DNA of 63,980 bases, filler included, from Reticulomyxa filosa (GCA_000512085.1; 22 parts of 22 records of this genome joined end to end with filler, not necessarily neighbours in it); one strand, 5' to 3'; numbered from the whole stretch's first letter, positions 12,114 through 24,161 are shown. Notes: generated by a model not told the origin, from the sequence alone. Made by a program: numbers and translations.

Positions 12114-15100
12114 ATGTGAAGGACTATCTAAAAAGCAATGGTGAAAAAAACACAATGGAGATAACATTCCAAAGTAAAGTATGGTGGGCATTGGACGAGG
12201 CCAACTCCTGTCAGCCTGATTCCAGCGATGAGCAATGTCCAACGCAATGTCCACCCGACGATTATCACGGCTTTTGTGATGTCAATTTCATTCGCACGGA
12301 GCCATGTTCTTTTTCTTGGGTTAGTATATCTATCTATCTATTATATCTATTTATATATCTATTTATTTCAAATAATTGATTTGAAAAACAATAAATATAA
12401 TATTTACATACATGTTAGGACTGGGGTCCAGGTGTGTGTATACGTATACTGAATGGTAAATGCATGCAGTCAGCTTTGCCATTGACTGTGTAAAAAAAAC
12501 GGTGTAAACAGTTTGTCCGGACATATATGAACAAACAAACAAACAAACAAACAAACAAACATATTGTCAAACACATCAAAAAAAAGGTTTTGCACCGGTA
12601 GGCGTGTTTCGAGACATCTATTTGCAAGGGTATGATTACGCGGTAACACGTGACGTGCTGTTTTCGATGACCCCAATCGGAAGCAATACAAAAGTGAAGA
12701 CTGACAAGACAACGAGTGCCCGCATGTCGGATCGCGAGTTGATAGCAGAAACTCTCGGACAAGATGTTGCCAATGTGAAGGAGTACACGCAGTGGCATTT
12801 ACTTGTGAATGTGTTCATTGACGCAGGTGTGACGGACGTGCTGTCGCCGAGCATGGAATATGAGCGTCGGATAATGAAACGACAGAAAGCGTTGGAAGAC
12901 ACAAAGATAACGGGATCAATCATTGTGAGCATGACGGAAGTGAATCGAACAGCTCGTTTATCTGTGTCATTGATGGCGGGGACAGAGGCGAATTTCACCG
13001 TAGACATGGGAGTCATCGACAATGTCAGACCTTGGTATCCCAATGGATTTGGCACGCAAACCTTGTATCCAGTCACTGTTCACTTTGACCCATGGAACAA
13101 TGCCTCGCAAACAGATAGCGGCATTCGCGTGGACGTCGGCTTTCGACAAGTGCAATTGGTGCAAGATACTCTGCCAGGGGGCAAGTCCTTCTTCTTTCGA
13201 ATCAATGACGTCAATGTGCCCATCCATGGGTCCAATTGGATCCCCGTCGACTCCTTCGAAAGTCGAGTCACCTCACAAAACCTTGAGCAGCTCTTCCTTG
13301 CTTTGAAGAATAGTCATCAAAACATGATCCGCGTTTGGGGAGGAGGCATTTATCAAAGAGATTCGGTTTATAACTTGGCCGATCAAGTCTGTGGGGTTTT
13401 CTTGTCATATATGTATACATACAGATATTTATGTATATTTATATATATATTTATTATTATTATTATTATTACTATTGGATTCAACATATAACTTATACAC
13501 GTATCAATATAAATATCTGGTTCTTTGGCAAGATAGTACGGTATCATGATATGGGAAGGTACTGTTTATTTTTATTTTTGTTTGTTTGTTTGTTTTTTTG
13601 ATCTTTCATTCAAATGAATTGCATCTTTTGTTGTGCGATTTTATGGATATGATGACCTGATATCTAGATATGGTATGCGTTTTTTGCTTGTTTGGAATTA
13701 AGCGAATAAATACGTACTATGTACATATATGCATATAAATATATGTATGTGCATTATGTTTGGAGTATAGATGTGGGCTTGCGCGAATTATTGGGTGAGA
13801 CCAGAGTATTTGCAGTCCTCGGCAAAAGAAGTGCGAGATAATGTTCGCCGACTTCAGTACCATCCATCGATCGTAATTTGGGCAGGAAACAATGAAAACT
13901 CGTGTACAGCAAACACCTCTGGAGAAGAGCCTTATCGCCAATTGTACTTTGGCACCATTTTGAATAACATCACTTCATTGGACAACACACGTCCTACCGT
14001 TGCCTCCTCGCCTTCCAATGGGGATGAAACGGAACAAAATCCTTGCAGTAACAATCCACAAAATCCTTTCTATGGGGATGTCCATTCGTTTCGTTTTTGT
14101 TTTTTTTTTTGTTTCTTTCAAAGTTTGTTTAATGCATGTTAAAAAAAAAAATATATATATATACATATATATATATATATGTATATATATGTACACATAT
14201 AACATATACACATATATGTATGTACATGTATAAAGATACCTTTATGACATTGATTGCTGGAATGTGAGCTTGTATGTGCGACCACGCTTTATGAGTGAGT
14301 TTGGACTGCAATCCTGGCCTTCTTTTATCACAATTAAAAAATACTTTCCAGTTGACCAATTGAGTTGGAACTCGGCTCTTGTTGCTAGTTTTGTGCATAT
14401 ATTGATGTGCTGTAGAATTTTATTTTTGTTATTATTATTATTTTATGTTTGTTTATTTATTTATTAAAAAATAAAAAATTAAAAAAATAAAATTAGATCG
14501 ACAACATCATCCCGATGGTCAATCACAGATCGAAAATGGAATAGCAATGCATTACAACACTCCAGACAGTGGCAATAATCAAACTGACTTTGAAGCATGG
14601 CTGTTCTTATCACAAGCGTATCAAGGCTATTGTTACAAAGTGGAAGTCGAGTTTTTGAGAAGTATCCGATATGAATGCACCCAGCAACAATCAGGGTAAT
14701 TTTATTTTTTTTTTTTTTTTTTTTTTTTGTAAATAATGATAATAATTACAATAACAATAACAATTAAAAAAAAAAAAAAACAAATGCATATTAATATATT
14801 CAATTTTGAAAGTTGCAACATGGGCCAAATGTATTGGCAAACAAACGACATTTGGCCTGGTCCTTCTTGGTCTGGCATTGATTGGACAGGTCGATACAAA
14901 TTGCTTCAATATTATGCGAAGCATTTCTATGCCCCAATGTCTGTAGTCGGATATCAGAACGGATCGACATGGACTTTCACTGCTATCAACGACAATCCTA
15001 ACGAGGCCGTCTTGCAAGGACTTGTTCAATTTTATGCCCTCAGCTGGAGTCTTGGCCAAGTTGTTGGAACTTGGACAATCCACTTCACTGTTGATGCTGC

Positions 15101-15137
15101 TGGCGCAGCTGTCATTTATACTATTACTCCGCAACAA
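12114..15137 (+). CDS. MANBA: Beta-mannosidase (GH2), multi-exon, both ends truncated
   Basis: SFSWDWGP, WYPNGFG, HGSNWIPVDSF, NMIRVWGGG, RRLQYHPSIVIWAGNNEN, RFMSEFGLQSWP, RQHHPDG and YWQTNDIWPGPSWSGID motifs in the expected order. Confidence 0.95.
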
Positions 15138-15149
15138 GTTACTTATGCA

Positions 15150-15150
15150 C

Positions 15151-15191
<41 letters not shown>
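15150..15191. repeat. (ACATAT)n intronic hexamer repeat at contig end
   Basis: Direct repeat of about 7 units. Confidence 0.85.
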
Positions 15192-15291
15192 NNNNNNNNN
15201 NNNNNNNNNNNNNNNNNNNNNNNNNNNNNNNNNNNTTAATTAATTAANNNNNNNNNNNNNNNNNNNNNNNNNNNNNNNNNNNNNNNNNNNN

Positions 15292-15882
15292 GGGGGACAC
15301 TGGAAGGTCTTTTGTGAATATAGACACAGTTATATATGTATATACATATATGTGTACATGTATGTTAATTGGAAAGGAATGAAAAGTATTCGAATTAAAC
15401 CATTTTTGAGCTGCGAACCATTCGTCAATGTCGTGCATTTGAATGAAGAAGAGATTGGGGTAACAGATATGCTAGTGTTAGGCTGCGATGGGGTTTTTGA
15501 TGTGTTGTCAAACGAAGATGTAATCAACGAAGTTCGAAGACATTTGTGGCTCAATCATGCTAATCCTCATGCTTTCTCTCAACTCACTCCCCAAGACATC
15601 CTTCAAAATTATTCCATTACTTTCGAGTCCCTTGACAATGCTTGCTCGAAACTCGGAAACTTGGCATACGATCGAGGAACCATTGACGATGTCACCGCGT
15701 TCGCCGTGCCGTTGTGGTTCATCATGCATTCCCCTTTACTCAAAACGCCCTCGTATGGGGTCATTAGTCATAGAAAGGCCAGTGTTTTGGATAGAGAAAG
15801 CACACACGACAGCACTTTGGAAAGGAAGTCGGTCGTTAGTGAAGATCGCAATGGAAATGCCGAACAAAAAGTCGATGTTTAA
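15292..15882 (+). CDS. PP2C/PPM-family phosphatase, C-terminal part (PPM1H-like)
   Basis: IKPFLSCEP, LVLGCDGVFDVLSNEDV and GTIDDVT motifs. Confidence 0.88.
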   Translation, partial: GGHWKVFCEYRHSYICIYIYVYMYVNWKGMKSIRIKPFLSCEPFVNVVHLNEEEIGVTDMLVLGCDGVFDVLSNEDVINEVRRHLWLNHANPHAFSQLTPQDILQNYSITFESLDNACSKLGNLAYDRGTIDDVTAFAVPLWFIMHSPLLKTPSYGVISHRKASVLDRESTHDSTLERKSVVSEDRNGNAEQKVDV

Positions 15883-16617
15883 ACCAAACTAATTCAAAAT
15901 TTACAACACTATTCTTTATTCAATTGTCTTTTGTTTTGTTTTGTTTTGTTTTCCTATCGAAGAGAGGAGATTTAACAGACAGACGCATAGTGACGGTACT
16001 CATTAAGGACTAAATTTAAAATAGAAGTCAAAATAAGAGAACAACACTAATACTTGCCATTCCTTTACAACAAAGTATTTGTGCTTTTTCACAAAAAAAA
16101 AAAAAAAAACACTTAATCATTTATTTTCAGTCCAAGTTTCAAAAATTATCTTTTTAACAATGTTTGTTTTTTTTTTTGGGTTTTTTGTTTGTTGCCCATC
16201 GACTTTCTATGAACACTATAACACACCTCGAAGGTGTATCGAAGAAGTCTTCATACTAAGTTTGGCTGGGAAAGAGTCTTTTACACGGCCTTTGCGAATA
16301 AAAAGTGAACATTTTGGTTGTCAGAATATAATTGATATCATTGGGACACTTCTGTTTTAATCCCAAAAAAAGTGGCATGTAATTATAATGTAAATATATG
16401 CTTTTGAAACAGAGGCGAGGCGCTTTTGAAGCGAATGAAAATGAAGAAAAAAAAAAAAAAGCAATACTGATTGGCAGTGCTAAATAAAGGATAAGACATT
16501 GAATAGACTCCCATGCAGAACGAGAAAGCTAAGCGCAAAATGCGAAAATGTTTGAAAAACTAAACTGTTTAAAGTTGCGATGAAAGGTTTGGGGAGGAGG
16601 GGAAGGAAAAAGAAAGA

Positions 16618-17679
16618 TTATTTGGAAGAAGCAGAAGCAGTGCGTTTGGAAAGTAGCCTCTGTTGGTATCGAAGTTTGAAAGCTTCGATTTGTTTCGAAC
16701 TAGGTTTGTTAAGAGCTCTTGCTTTGGCCATTTCTTGGATGCGGAGTTGATCCTCGTGTCTTTGTTTGGTATTAATTAAGAGCTGTTGTTCAAAATATTC
16801 TCTGTCCTTAGAAAGGGAATCAGAAGAAGAAGAAGGGATAGAAGGCTTCAGAGATTGTGTATGAGAAAGATCATTTTGTTTAAGATGTTCTCTGTCTAAA
16901 TCAGGGTTTGTACTATTGTTATTATTTTTGTGATGAGACTGAGATCGAGATCGAGATCGAGATCGAGAGCGGGAATGGGATCGAGATGGAGACTTGGAGC
17001 CAGAACGGGGACGCGAATATGGTAAGCGTACTGACTCGAAAAAATTCATCATATTGGGGTCGTTTTGAACAGTAATTTGCCGATTTTCTTGCAGTTCATC
17101 CTTTTGGACTTGCTGTTGCTGTTTTTTCAGATGCTCTGTGTACCCTTCGGTTATGAAGGATGGCTTATCTACAAATAAATGATCGGTCTCTTGTCTTTCC
17201 TTTATTATTTTCTTTGTTTTTACCAACTCCAATCTTTGCTCTCTTTTTTCATGCTGCTTTTTTAATGTCTCAATATATCGAACTGGCCTTCCGTTATTTT
17301 TCTCTTCCTTTTCTTTTTTTCGTTGGCTCTCTTTCTCCTTCATTGTGTCGTATATTTCATCGTAACTGTATATATCTCCATTTCTTTCTTGTATTTTTTT
17401 TATCTCCTTTTCTGCTTTTATTTTTTTATATGTTCGATTTAATAATTGAGGTAACACTTTTCCCTCTTCTTTTTCTCTTTCTTCTTCTTCCTCTTCTTTC
17501 CTTTCACTTTTTTTAAATACTTTGGATACTAATTCTTGTTTCTTCTTTTCTCGATCATCTTCTTTTTCTTTTCTTTTTTCTTTTTCTTTGCCAGTGTCCT
17601 TTTTTGTCCCAAACGAAAAGGGTGCCACTTTTTCTGTATCTTTACCTTTCTTTCCGGTCAATTTTAGTGAAAATGACAT
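16618..17679 (-). CDS. NSRP1: Nuclear speckle splicing regulatory protein 1-like (CCDC55/DUF2040) with RS tract
   Basis: IYSYDEIYDTMK, RYIETL, KER.....LF.DK.SFIT.GY motifs; RSRSRS region; intact 353-codon ORF. Confidence 0.8.
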   Translation of the reverse strand: MSFSLKLTGKKGKDTEKVAPFSFGTKKDTGKEKEKRKEKEDDREKKKQELVSKVFKKSERKEEEEEEREKEEGKVLPQLLNRTYKKIKAEKEIKKIQERNGDIYSYDEIYDTMKEKESQRKKEKEEKNNGRPVRYIETLKKQHEKREQRLELVKTKKIIKERQETDHLFVDKPSFITEGYTEHLKKQQQQVQKDELQENRQITVQNDPNMMNFFESVRLPYSRPRSGSKSPSRSHSRSRSRSRSRSQSHHKNNNNSTNPDLDREHLKQNDLSHTQSLKPSIPSSSSDSLSKDREYFEQQLLINTKQRHEDQLRIQEMAKARALNKPSSKQIEAFKLRYQQRLLSKRTASASSK

Positions 17680-18228
17680 TACTTTTTTTTCCGTCTTCTT
17701 TCTTTATGCTTAACCAAATTATATTTCTTGAAAAAATAGCCCCCTTTTTTTGTTTTCCAATAGGACTGGTCATTAAAATTTTTTTAGACTAATATTTGTT
17801 GAACGTAAAAATAGAAGACCATAAATATCAACTCTTGTCAACATTCTCATTGAAAAGAAGGCACCAGCGTTTGTCAAGTTAAGCACTAGATATGAAATTG
17901 CGATCAATAACAAAAATATGTATTATTACATAATTTTGTTATAATTAGATGTAATTGTTCAAATTTGATAAGTTAAATCAATAACCAAATATAAATATTC
18001 AAATAAATCGAATTATGTTTTTATTTTCAAAATTTTCATCTTGCTGAAGTATATTACATTGTATGTACTTTATAAAAAATTTAATTATGAAATGCAAATT
18101 AAGTGACAATATTGCCATAGTTGACATGACATCTTGATTTTTACAAAATTTAATTTTCGGAAAAACTATTAAGCTTTAATAAAACAATACAAAATAGAAT
18201 GAAATTATAGAAAGGGATTTAAAAACTA

Positions 18229-19173
18229 CAGTAGAATGCAAAGTAAAGTTGACACATAAAACGGCAACTTATAGAGATGATTGATTTTCTCTATGTGACG
18301 AAATGCTAAGAAAGCATTAATTGGAGTTTAGACGACAATATAAATTGTATATTTCATCAAGATAATTACAGAAATTATAGCAAAAAAATTGTTTGAACAA
18401 AATGATATCAAAGTATTGAATTTCACTACAAATTCTTCAGACATTGGCATGATCGAAAATATGTGGTGAACAGTGAAAACGAAAATATTCAAAAATGGAC
18501 TATTCGGATCAAAAGAAAAACTCGTAGACAATTTGAATTAGAATGTAAAAAAAATGACAAAGAAACATGCACAAACTTAACAAATAAATGCCAAAGAAAA
18601 TACAATCAGCATACAATGCAAAAAGTGATATAATCAAATGGTAATTTTTATTAAAAACAATCTTAGTACAAAAAAAAAATTTCAGATCTTATGCTTTTGA
18701 ATTAACTTGACTTGTTTGTCATTATACAAAAAAAAGTAAAAAAACCAATAATAAGTAAATACAAAGCAAACAGTAGTCAAAAACTATTATATATTCACAA
18801 TGTACAAACTTTGAAAATAACATTAAATTCTGCAAAAAAAAATTTTTTGTTAACAAAAAATTGAGTTTTTTCAAAAACTGCTCAACGTAGAAGACTAATA
18901 TTTTTTTTTTCGAATATCTACGCATTGAGAGATTTCTGAAAATGCTTAAAAAAAATTTGGCAAGTTTCATGATTACGACATAGTCATGATTGTAAACTTT
19001 TTCTCGAAAATTTTCAAAAACAATAAAATATTCAAATTTTTTAAACAATTAAAAAGTACACTATTTGTAGATATTTTTAAAAAATTATGTCTGAATGTTG
19101 TTTTTTCATGTAAAAAATCAGTCATTTCTATAAGGTGCAGTTTTATGTTTAAACTTTACTTTGCATTCTACTG
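18229..19173 (+). mobile_element. Internally deleted Tc1/IS630-mariner superfamily DNA transposon with both TIRs
   Basis: TA|CAGTAGAATGCAAAGTAAAGTT at 18227-18250 is inverse to AACTTTACTTTGCATTCTACTG|TA at 19152-19175 (imperfect match extends about 65 bp); decayed transposase FHQDN..NSSDIGMIENMW*..MPKKIQSAYNAKSDIIKW* at about 18350-18643. Confidence 0.92.
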
Positions 19174-19750
19174 TATATTATCATTCAAGTGAATAGCGAT
19201 GTCAATATGATCATTAATGTTCTAGCAATGCCAAATAGTCAAAATGTTATCTTGTTTAAATAAAAACTATTTATAGTTAGACTTGAGGTCATGAACTGGA
19301 ATCAATTATCTATATAATATGTTATTTTATATTTAATTTTTTATCATAATGTACTTTATGCATTGACAGTTCTTTTTTTGATTAATATATGTTAACATTT
19401 AATTGACTTCGTATTTATCGTTGTTATATCTTTCACGCTTTAATCTATTCAACACTGCAATTTTTCTGAGATATCTGTATCTAATTGTCATTTGAGTTGC
19501 TATTTCGTATTACTTGATCAAAACCGAACTGTGATTTGAGTAATATACTCAATTATATTCTTTTTTATAGTAATATGATAATTAGATATAAGCGAATAGA
19601 TATCTTTGATTTATATTAAATATTTGTTGATTTTTGAACAAAAGTAATACGTAAATTTTAATTGATGTATAGACCTTGACAAATGTTGTTCGAAACTGTG
19701 GGGGGTGTTTGGAATATATATTTTTGGGAGGGTACAATTAATAGCAAATT

Positions 19751-20617
19751 ATGTCTGAAACGATTGATGAAACTCTTCCACTTGAAAAAGAAGTGACAGA
19801 GAGTTTTTCAGTTCTTTCATCAGGCTCAGAATTGAATGGGGAGGAAAAGCCTCAGCCGGAGCTAGGAAGCGTAAGCATAGAAGATGTGAGAAAGGATTGG
19901 GACGAAGGAAGACAACAATTAGCTCAATGTTTTGCAAAGTTGTTGAGTGTGCTCTCACGACGAAATGGGCAGCTAAGAAACTTGTGTATAAAGTATCAAA
20001 ACGAAGTGATGCGAGCGCCCGAAATGAAAGAAACCGAGTCAAAAAATCAAAAATGGCAAACTTGTGAAAGTATTGGTGACATATATTGGGACGTTTTCAA
20101 AGAAGCTTGTATTTGTGGTATTTCACATGTAGTCGAAATTTCTTTGGATTGTATCCAAAAACTGATGGCCAATGCTATATTAACAGGATCCATGTATTTA
20201 AAAAAATTTTAAAAAAATGCCAAAGGGGGGGGGTAAAAAATAAAAAAAGTAAAACTGGACTATATTTCAACGAAAAATAAGATGTACATTTTTGTGAAAT
20301 GACTAGGAAGCAATCAAATGGCGAATATTTAATTGAAGACATTGTCAAAACGGTATGTGATTGTGATAAAATCGATTCGGATCAAGTGCACTTACAAGTT
20401 TCGGCGACTGTTTTTTTTTTATCCAATTTATTTATTTTTTTTTTTGGTAATACAATCAACAAGTGGACACACACCAAACACAAAAAGCTTGTGAAAGCAG
20501 TGTTAACATTGGGTACCTCTCCGGCTTGTGAAGTACACAACTCGAGTTTGCTGCTATGTTTGCGGTCTTGCTACAACATTTTTTTGACAAGCAAAAATTC
20601 CAGCGTGCAAACTTCAG
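19751..20617 (+). CDS. Large Sec7-family ARF-GEF (BIG/GBF type), N-terminal DCB domain (3' truncated)
   Basis: SLDCIQKLMA, LIEDIVKTVC, VHLQ-LVKAVLT, EVH.SSLL..LR.CYNIFL.SK...VQ motifs; two GT-AG introns. Confidence 0.88.
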
Positions 20618-20764
20618 GTGAGAATAGCACACTTTCGATCTAATGCACCCCCCCCCCCCCCTCCNNNNNNNNNNNNNNNNNNNNNNNNNNNNNNNNNNNN
20701 NNNNNNNNTTAATTAATTAANNNNNNNNNNNNNNNNNNNNNNNNNNNNNNNNNNNNNNNNNNNN

Positions 20765-20961
20765 TCAAAAATCAATAAAATATTCAAATTTTTTAAACAA
20801 TTGGTAAATGTGTAATAAAAAAACAAAATACTATTTAAAAAATATACTATTCGTATATATTTTAAAAAATTATGTGTAATTGTTGTTTTTTCATGAAGAA
20901 AATCAATTATCTATATAAGATGACATTTTATTTGTCAACTTTACTTTAAATTTTACTTGTA
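20765..20961 (+). mobile_element. Diverged right end of the same Tc1-like family
   Basis: Colinear similarity to 19013-19175 (CAATAAAATATTCAAATTTTTTAAACAATT; TGTTGTTTTTTCATG; AACTTTACTTT), ending TG|TA. Confidence 0.8.
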
Positions 20962-21079
20962 TTATCACACGATACAGAATATATCAAATTTAGATTGCCA
21001 CCAACGTTACTATTATTCTTTATTACAAATGCATTAATTTCTCTATGTATCTCCAATTTTCATTCAGTTTCGTGTTGTA

Positions 21080-21380
21080 TTTTCAACTCTTGTTCAACTT
21101 GTATAATGCAAATCACATTTAAATTATCAAAGCATTACTTCTTGAATACTGGCAATTGTTATGTGGTTGAATTGGACAATAATTGTTGTTATTTTCAAGA
21201 AATAATTTTAAACAATTGTCTCCAACAATTAATAATTCAGATATATTTTCGTACTGTGGACAGTATATACGTTGGGTTGCAAATCAGATAAGTAAAATGG
21301 ATAATGTATTATTGTGGTAAAGTCCAATCTTTGTTAAAGCAAGACTCTCATTCTTCATCTTTTGAATTTTCTTCATTCAC
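21080..21380 (-). pseudogene. Decayed RING/TRAF-type zinc-finger family member
   Basis: Minus-strand fragments SCFNKDW, LIVGDNCLKLFLENNNNYCPIQPHNNCQYS and LNVIC with stops and frameshifts; recalled as an expanded foraminiferan family. Confidence 0.6.
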
Positions 21381-22175
21381 TTGCTTTTTCAAAAAAAACT
21401 TTTTAAGGTTGAATTTTTATCCAAAAAAAAAACCTGATAATTTAAAAAATCTACATTCAAATATGAGTGAATATTCAATGGGGAATGTATTTAATAGTAT
21501 AATATAGATATGATAAAATCAAAGAACTTAAATAGAAAAATAACTGAACGAAAAAAACAAAGTGAAAAAATTTCAAAAATGAATAAAACAACAATCTGTA
21601 TATTTTGTTTTCTTCTTTTTACTTAAAATATATAAATTTTATCAAATAGAACAAATTCAATCGTTCAACGAACAAACACTGGTCAAAGAAGGGGATTCGT
21701 TTCAAATTTTTAATGCTTTGTTAGAGTTTTTTTTAAGTTTTTTTAAAAGAAAAAACTATTCAAGAATTTCTTTGTACAATACGACACAAAGAAGAGACAG
21801 TTTTTACTGACAGTATCATATAATTTTTCTACAAGAAAATAAATTAGCTTAATTTTTTTAGTTTAGTTACTTAAAAGATTTCCTTCCTTCTATTGAAATA
21901 ATACTCATCCCGTTGTTCATTAAAGTTGATTTAATAGAAATGCTATTACTCAGCTCTTGAACCTTGCTGTTCTTAGATTTATTTGATCATACAATATGTA
22001 GGGCAAGTCCCTGTTGTAAGTATCTGAACGTCAAGGGAACGGAGGAACCTCCAGTAGGTTCAACTTACTCTTACTTTCTTGCTTTTCTTTACTTTTCTTT
22101 TGTTATCTTGTTTTATTATTTCAATTTCTTTCGTTTTACGAAATCATTATTCTTTTCTTAGTAAACACCTCTAGT

Positions 22176-22215
22176 ATTACAGTTAGTGTACCACTACTAC
22201 CGGTAGACGTCCCAT
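22176..22215 (+). repeat. Dispersed 40-bp element end (TA|CAGTTAGTGTACCACTACTA..AGACGTCCCA), putative transposon TIR
   Basis: Near-identical reverse-complement copy at 29543-29582 in another contig. Confidence 0.75.
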
Positions 22216-22459
22216 AAATAATTTTTTGTTCTTTCATTATCTCTTCTTTTTATCCTTTTTTTCACGGTGATGCTCAGAAAACAGTAGCGCAAAATGGAAC
22301 TGACAAAAAAAGATAAACTTCCAAAGGGATCTAAACAAAAAATGTGCTTCTCCCTTTTTNNNNNNNNNNNNNNNNNNNNNNNNNNNNNNNNNNNNNNNNN
22401 NNNTTAATTAATTAANNNNNNNNNNNNNNNNNNNNNNNNNNNNNNNNNNNNNNNNNNNN

Positions 22460-23596
22460 AACATGCATATGAACATGCATATGCACGTACAGAAGTACAA
22501 GTTCAATCGCAGTCGCAGTCACAGTCACAGTCACAGTTACAATATAATCAAAGCCAAAGACACTCCAAACCCACTCATTTCTTGGCCATTCGTATAAAAA
22601 ACCCACTTATCTTTCAGTTGGCAAAAGCATTACAAGTTGTGTTTTGAACTCTGTTTTTTAAAAATGCTCATTTGAATGAGACCCAAAGTGTATAGCAACA
22701 AATAAAATGAAATAAAATAAAAGGAACAATTTGAAGAGAAATATCCTTCAATGAATACCAGCATGGTGGACTTGTCATCAATGCACATAACATTAAATGT
22801 GTTTTATTTGGAAAATACAAGTTTGTTAGAAAAATGCATGGGGTTATTAGCTTGCATTGAAAAGTGGATAAATAAGTGCATTGAGGAGACGTTGCGACAC
22901 AGCACTGCCAAAGCAATAGAGGAGACAGAAATAAATGCTTTGTCAGAAAAAGAAGGGGATAACTGTATGAAAGACACAGTGACAAATCCTGACGAAATGT
23001 CAATTGAACAAGTTGTGTTTGATGTTGTCAAAAGTCTAAAATTCACAAGTCAATTCAAAGACTTGTATCAAAAGGTGTGCTTTCAATCATCTGCTAACTT
23101 TGTTTTGTCTGTTCGCGGAGTCAACCATTTTGACAGAAAAGTTGTTTATTTGGATTTTTCCGGAAATTCCGTGTCCATTCAAATCATCACACTTTTGCAC
23201 CGACTCATTCAAGTGTGTTCCACACAACTGGGCCTCAAAATAGCCAAGGAAAATACCTTCAATCCTCATTGCACTTTGTGCAAGCTTAGTAAATTGTCCA
23301 AACAACAATCCAACACTTTACTTCAAACCTCTTCTCGGACGCAAACCAAGTCTGACATTAACTGCAAAACTTTGGACCATTCCATCTTTGATGAATCGGT
23401 TCGTGGTGTCTTTTCTCGCTCCAATGTTACAAATATCATGGACAATTTGATTGCTGGTTCTGGACTTGTCTTTGAGGAATTTGTCACTGATATTGGCTTG
23501 TGTGAAATGGGACGTCGAAATAAAGATGAGTATTACCAAATTGTCAAAAATATTACTATTTCTACTGACACATTCCGATCACAAATTACCAAATAA
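22460..23596 (+). CDS. AKAP7-like 2H phosphoesterase (5' truncated)
   Basis: Upstream exon KPTHFLAIRIKNP, then two HxT motifs (SMHITL, FNPHCTL). Confidence 0.75.
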
Positions 23597-24161
23597 AACA
23601 TCAAAATACAACTATGTCTCTTTTTAACCAATCAAAAATATTGTCAGCTGAGCTCATAAAAAGAATGACTTTGTAAACACAATACACCAGTACAGCACTA
23701 ACAAACACAACCCAGGGCAATTGTGATCAACAAAACAATATTTAAAAATATTTATGCTTCAATTTCACAATAAAAGACAATAATGTTTGATTTATTTATT
23801 TGATAAAAACAAATAACTGTTTTAATTGAAATCATTTGAACATCTCTTTGAAATCTTGCTCACAATCACATTGTTAACTGCTTTTACTTCATTACTTAAT
23901 GAGATTATATTACTTCATGTCCCAACGTCGTGACTTGCACTACAATTAAAAATATACATGAATCATAACAAATACATAATTTTTTTTTTATTGCACATAA
24001 TGTGTTATATTATGCAACTTGCTTAAAATAAAATAAAGGGTTTGAGGATATTTTAATTTTAAGTTATAAATGCCGAAACAGTCTTAAAAGGGTTTTCTTT
24101 TTGAAGAAGGGGCAGACAATCTCGGTTGTTCCATAGCGCAAGCAAAAAGTCTTAGGTGAAC

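Noticed and set aside
21880-22075. GC-richer block as an exon or ncRNA
   Set aside because: No clear ORF, splice pattern or RNA family motif
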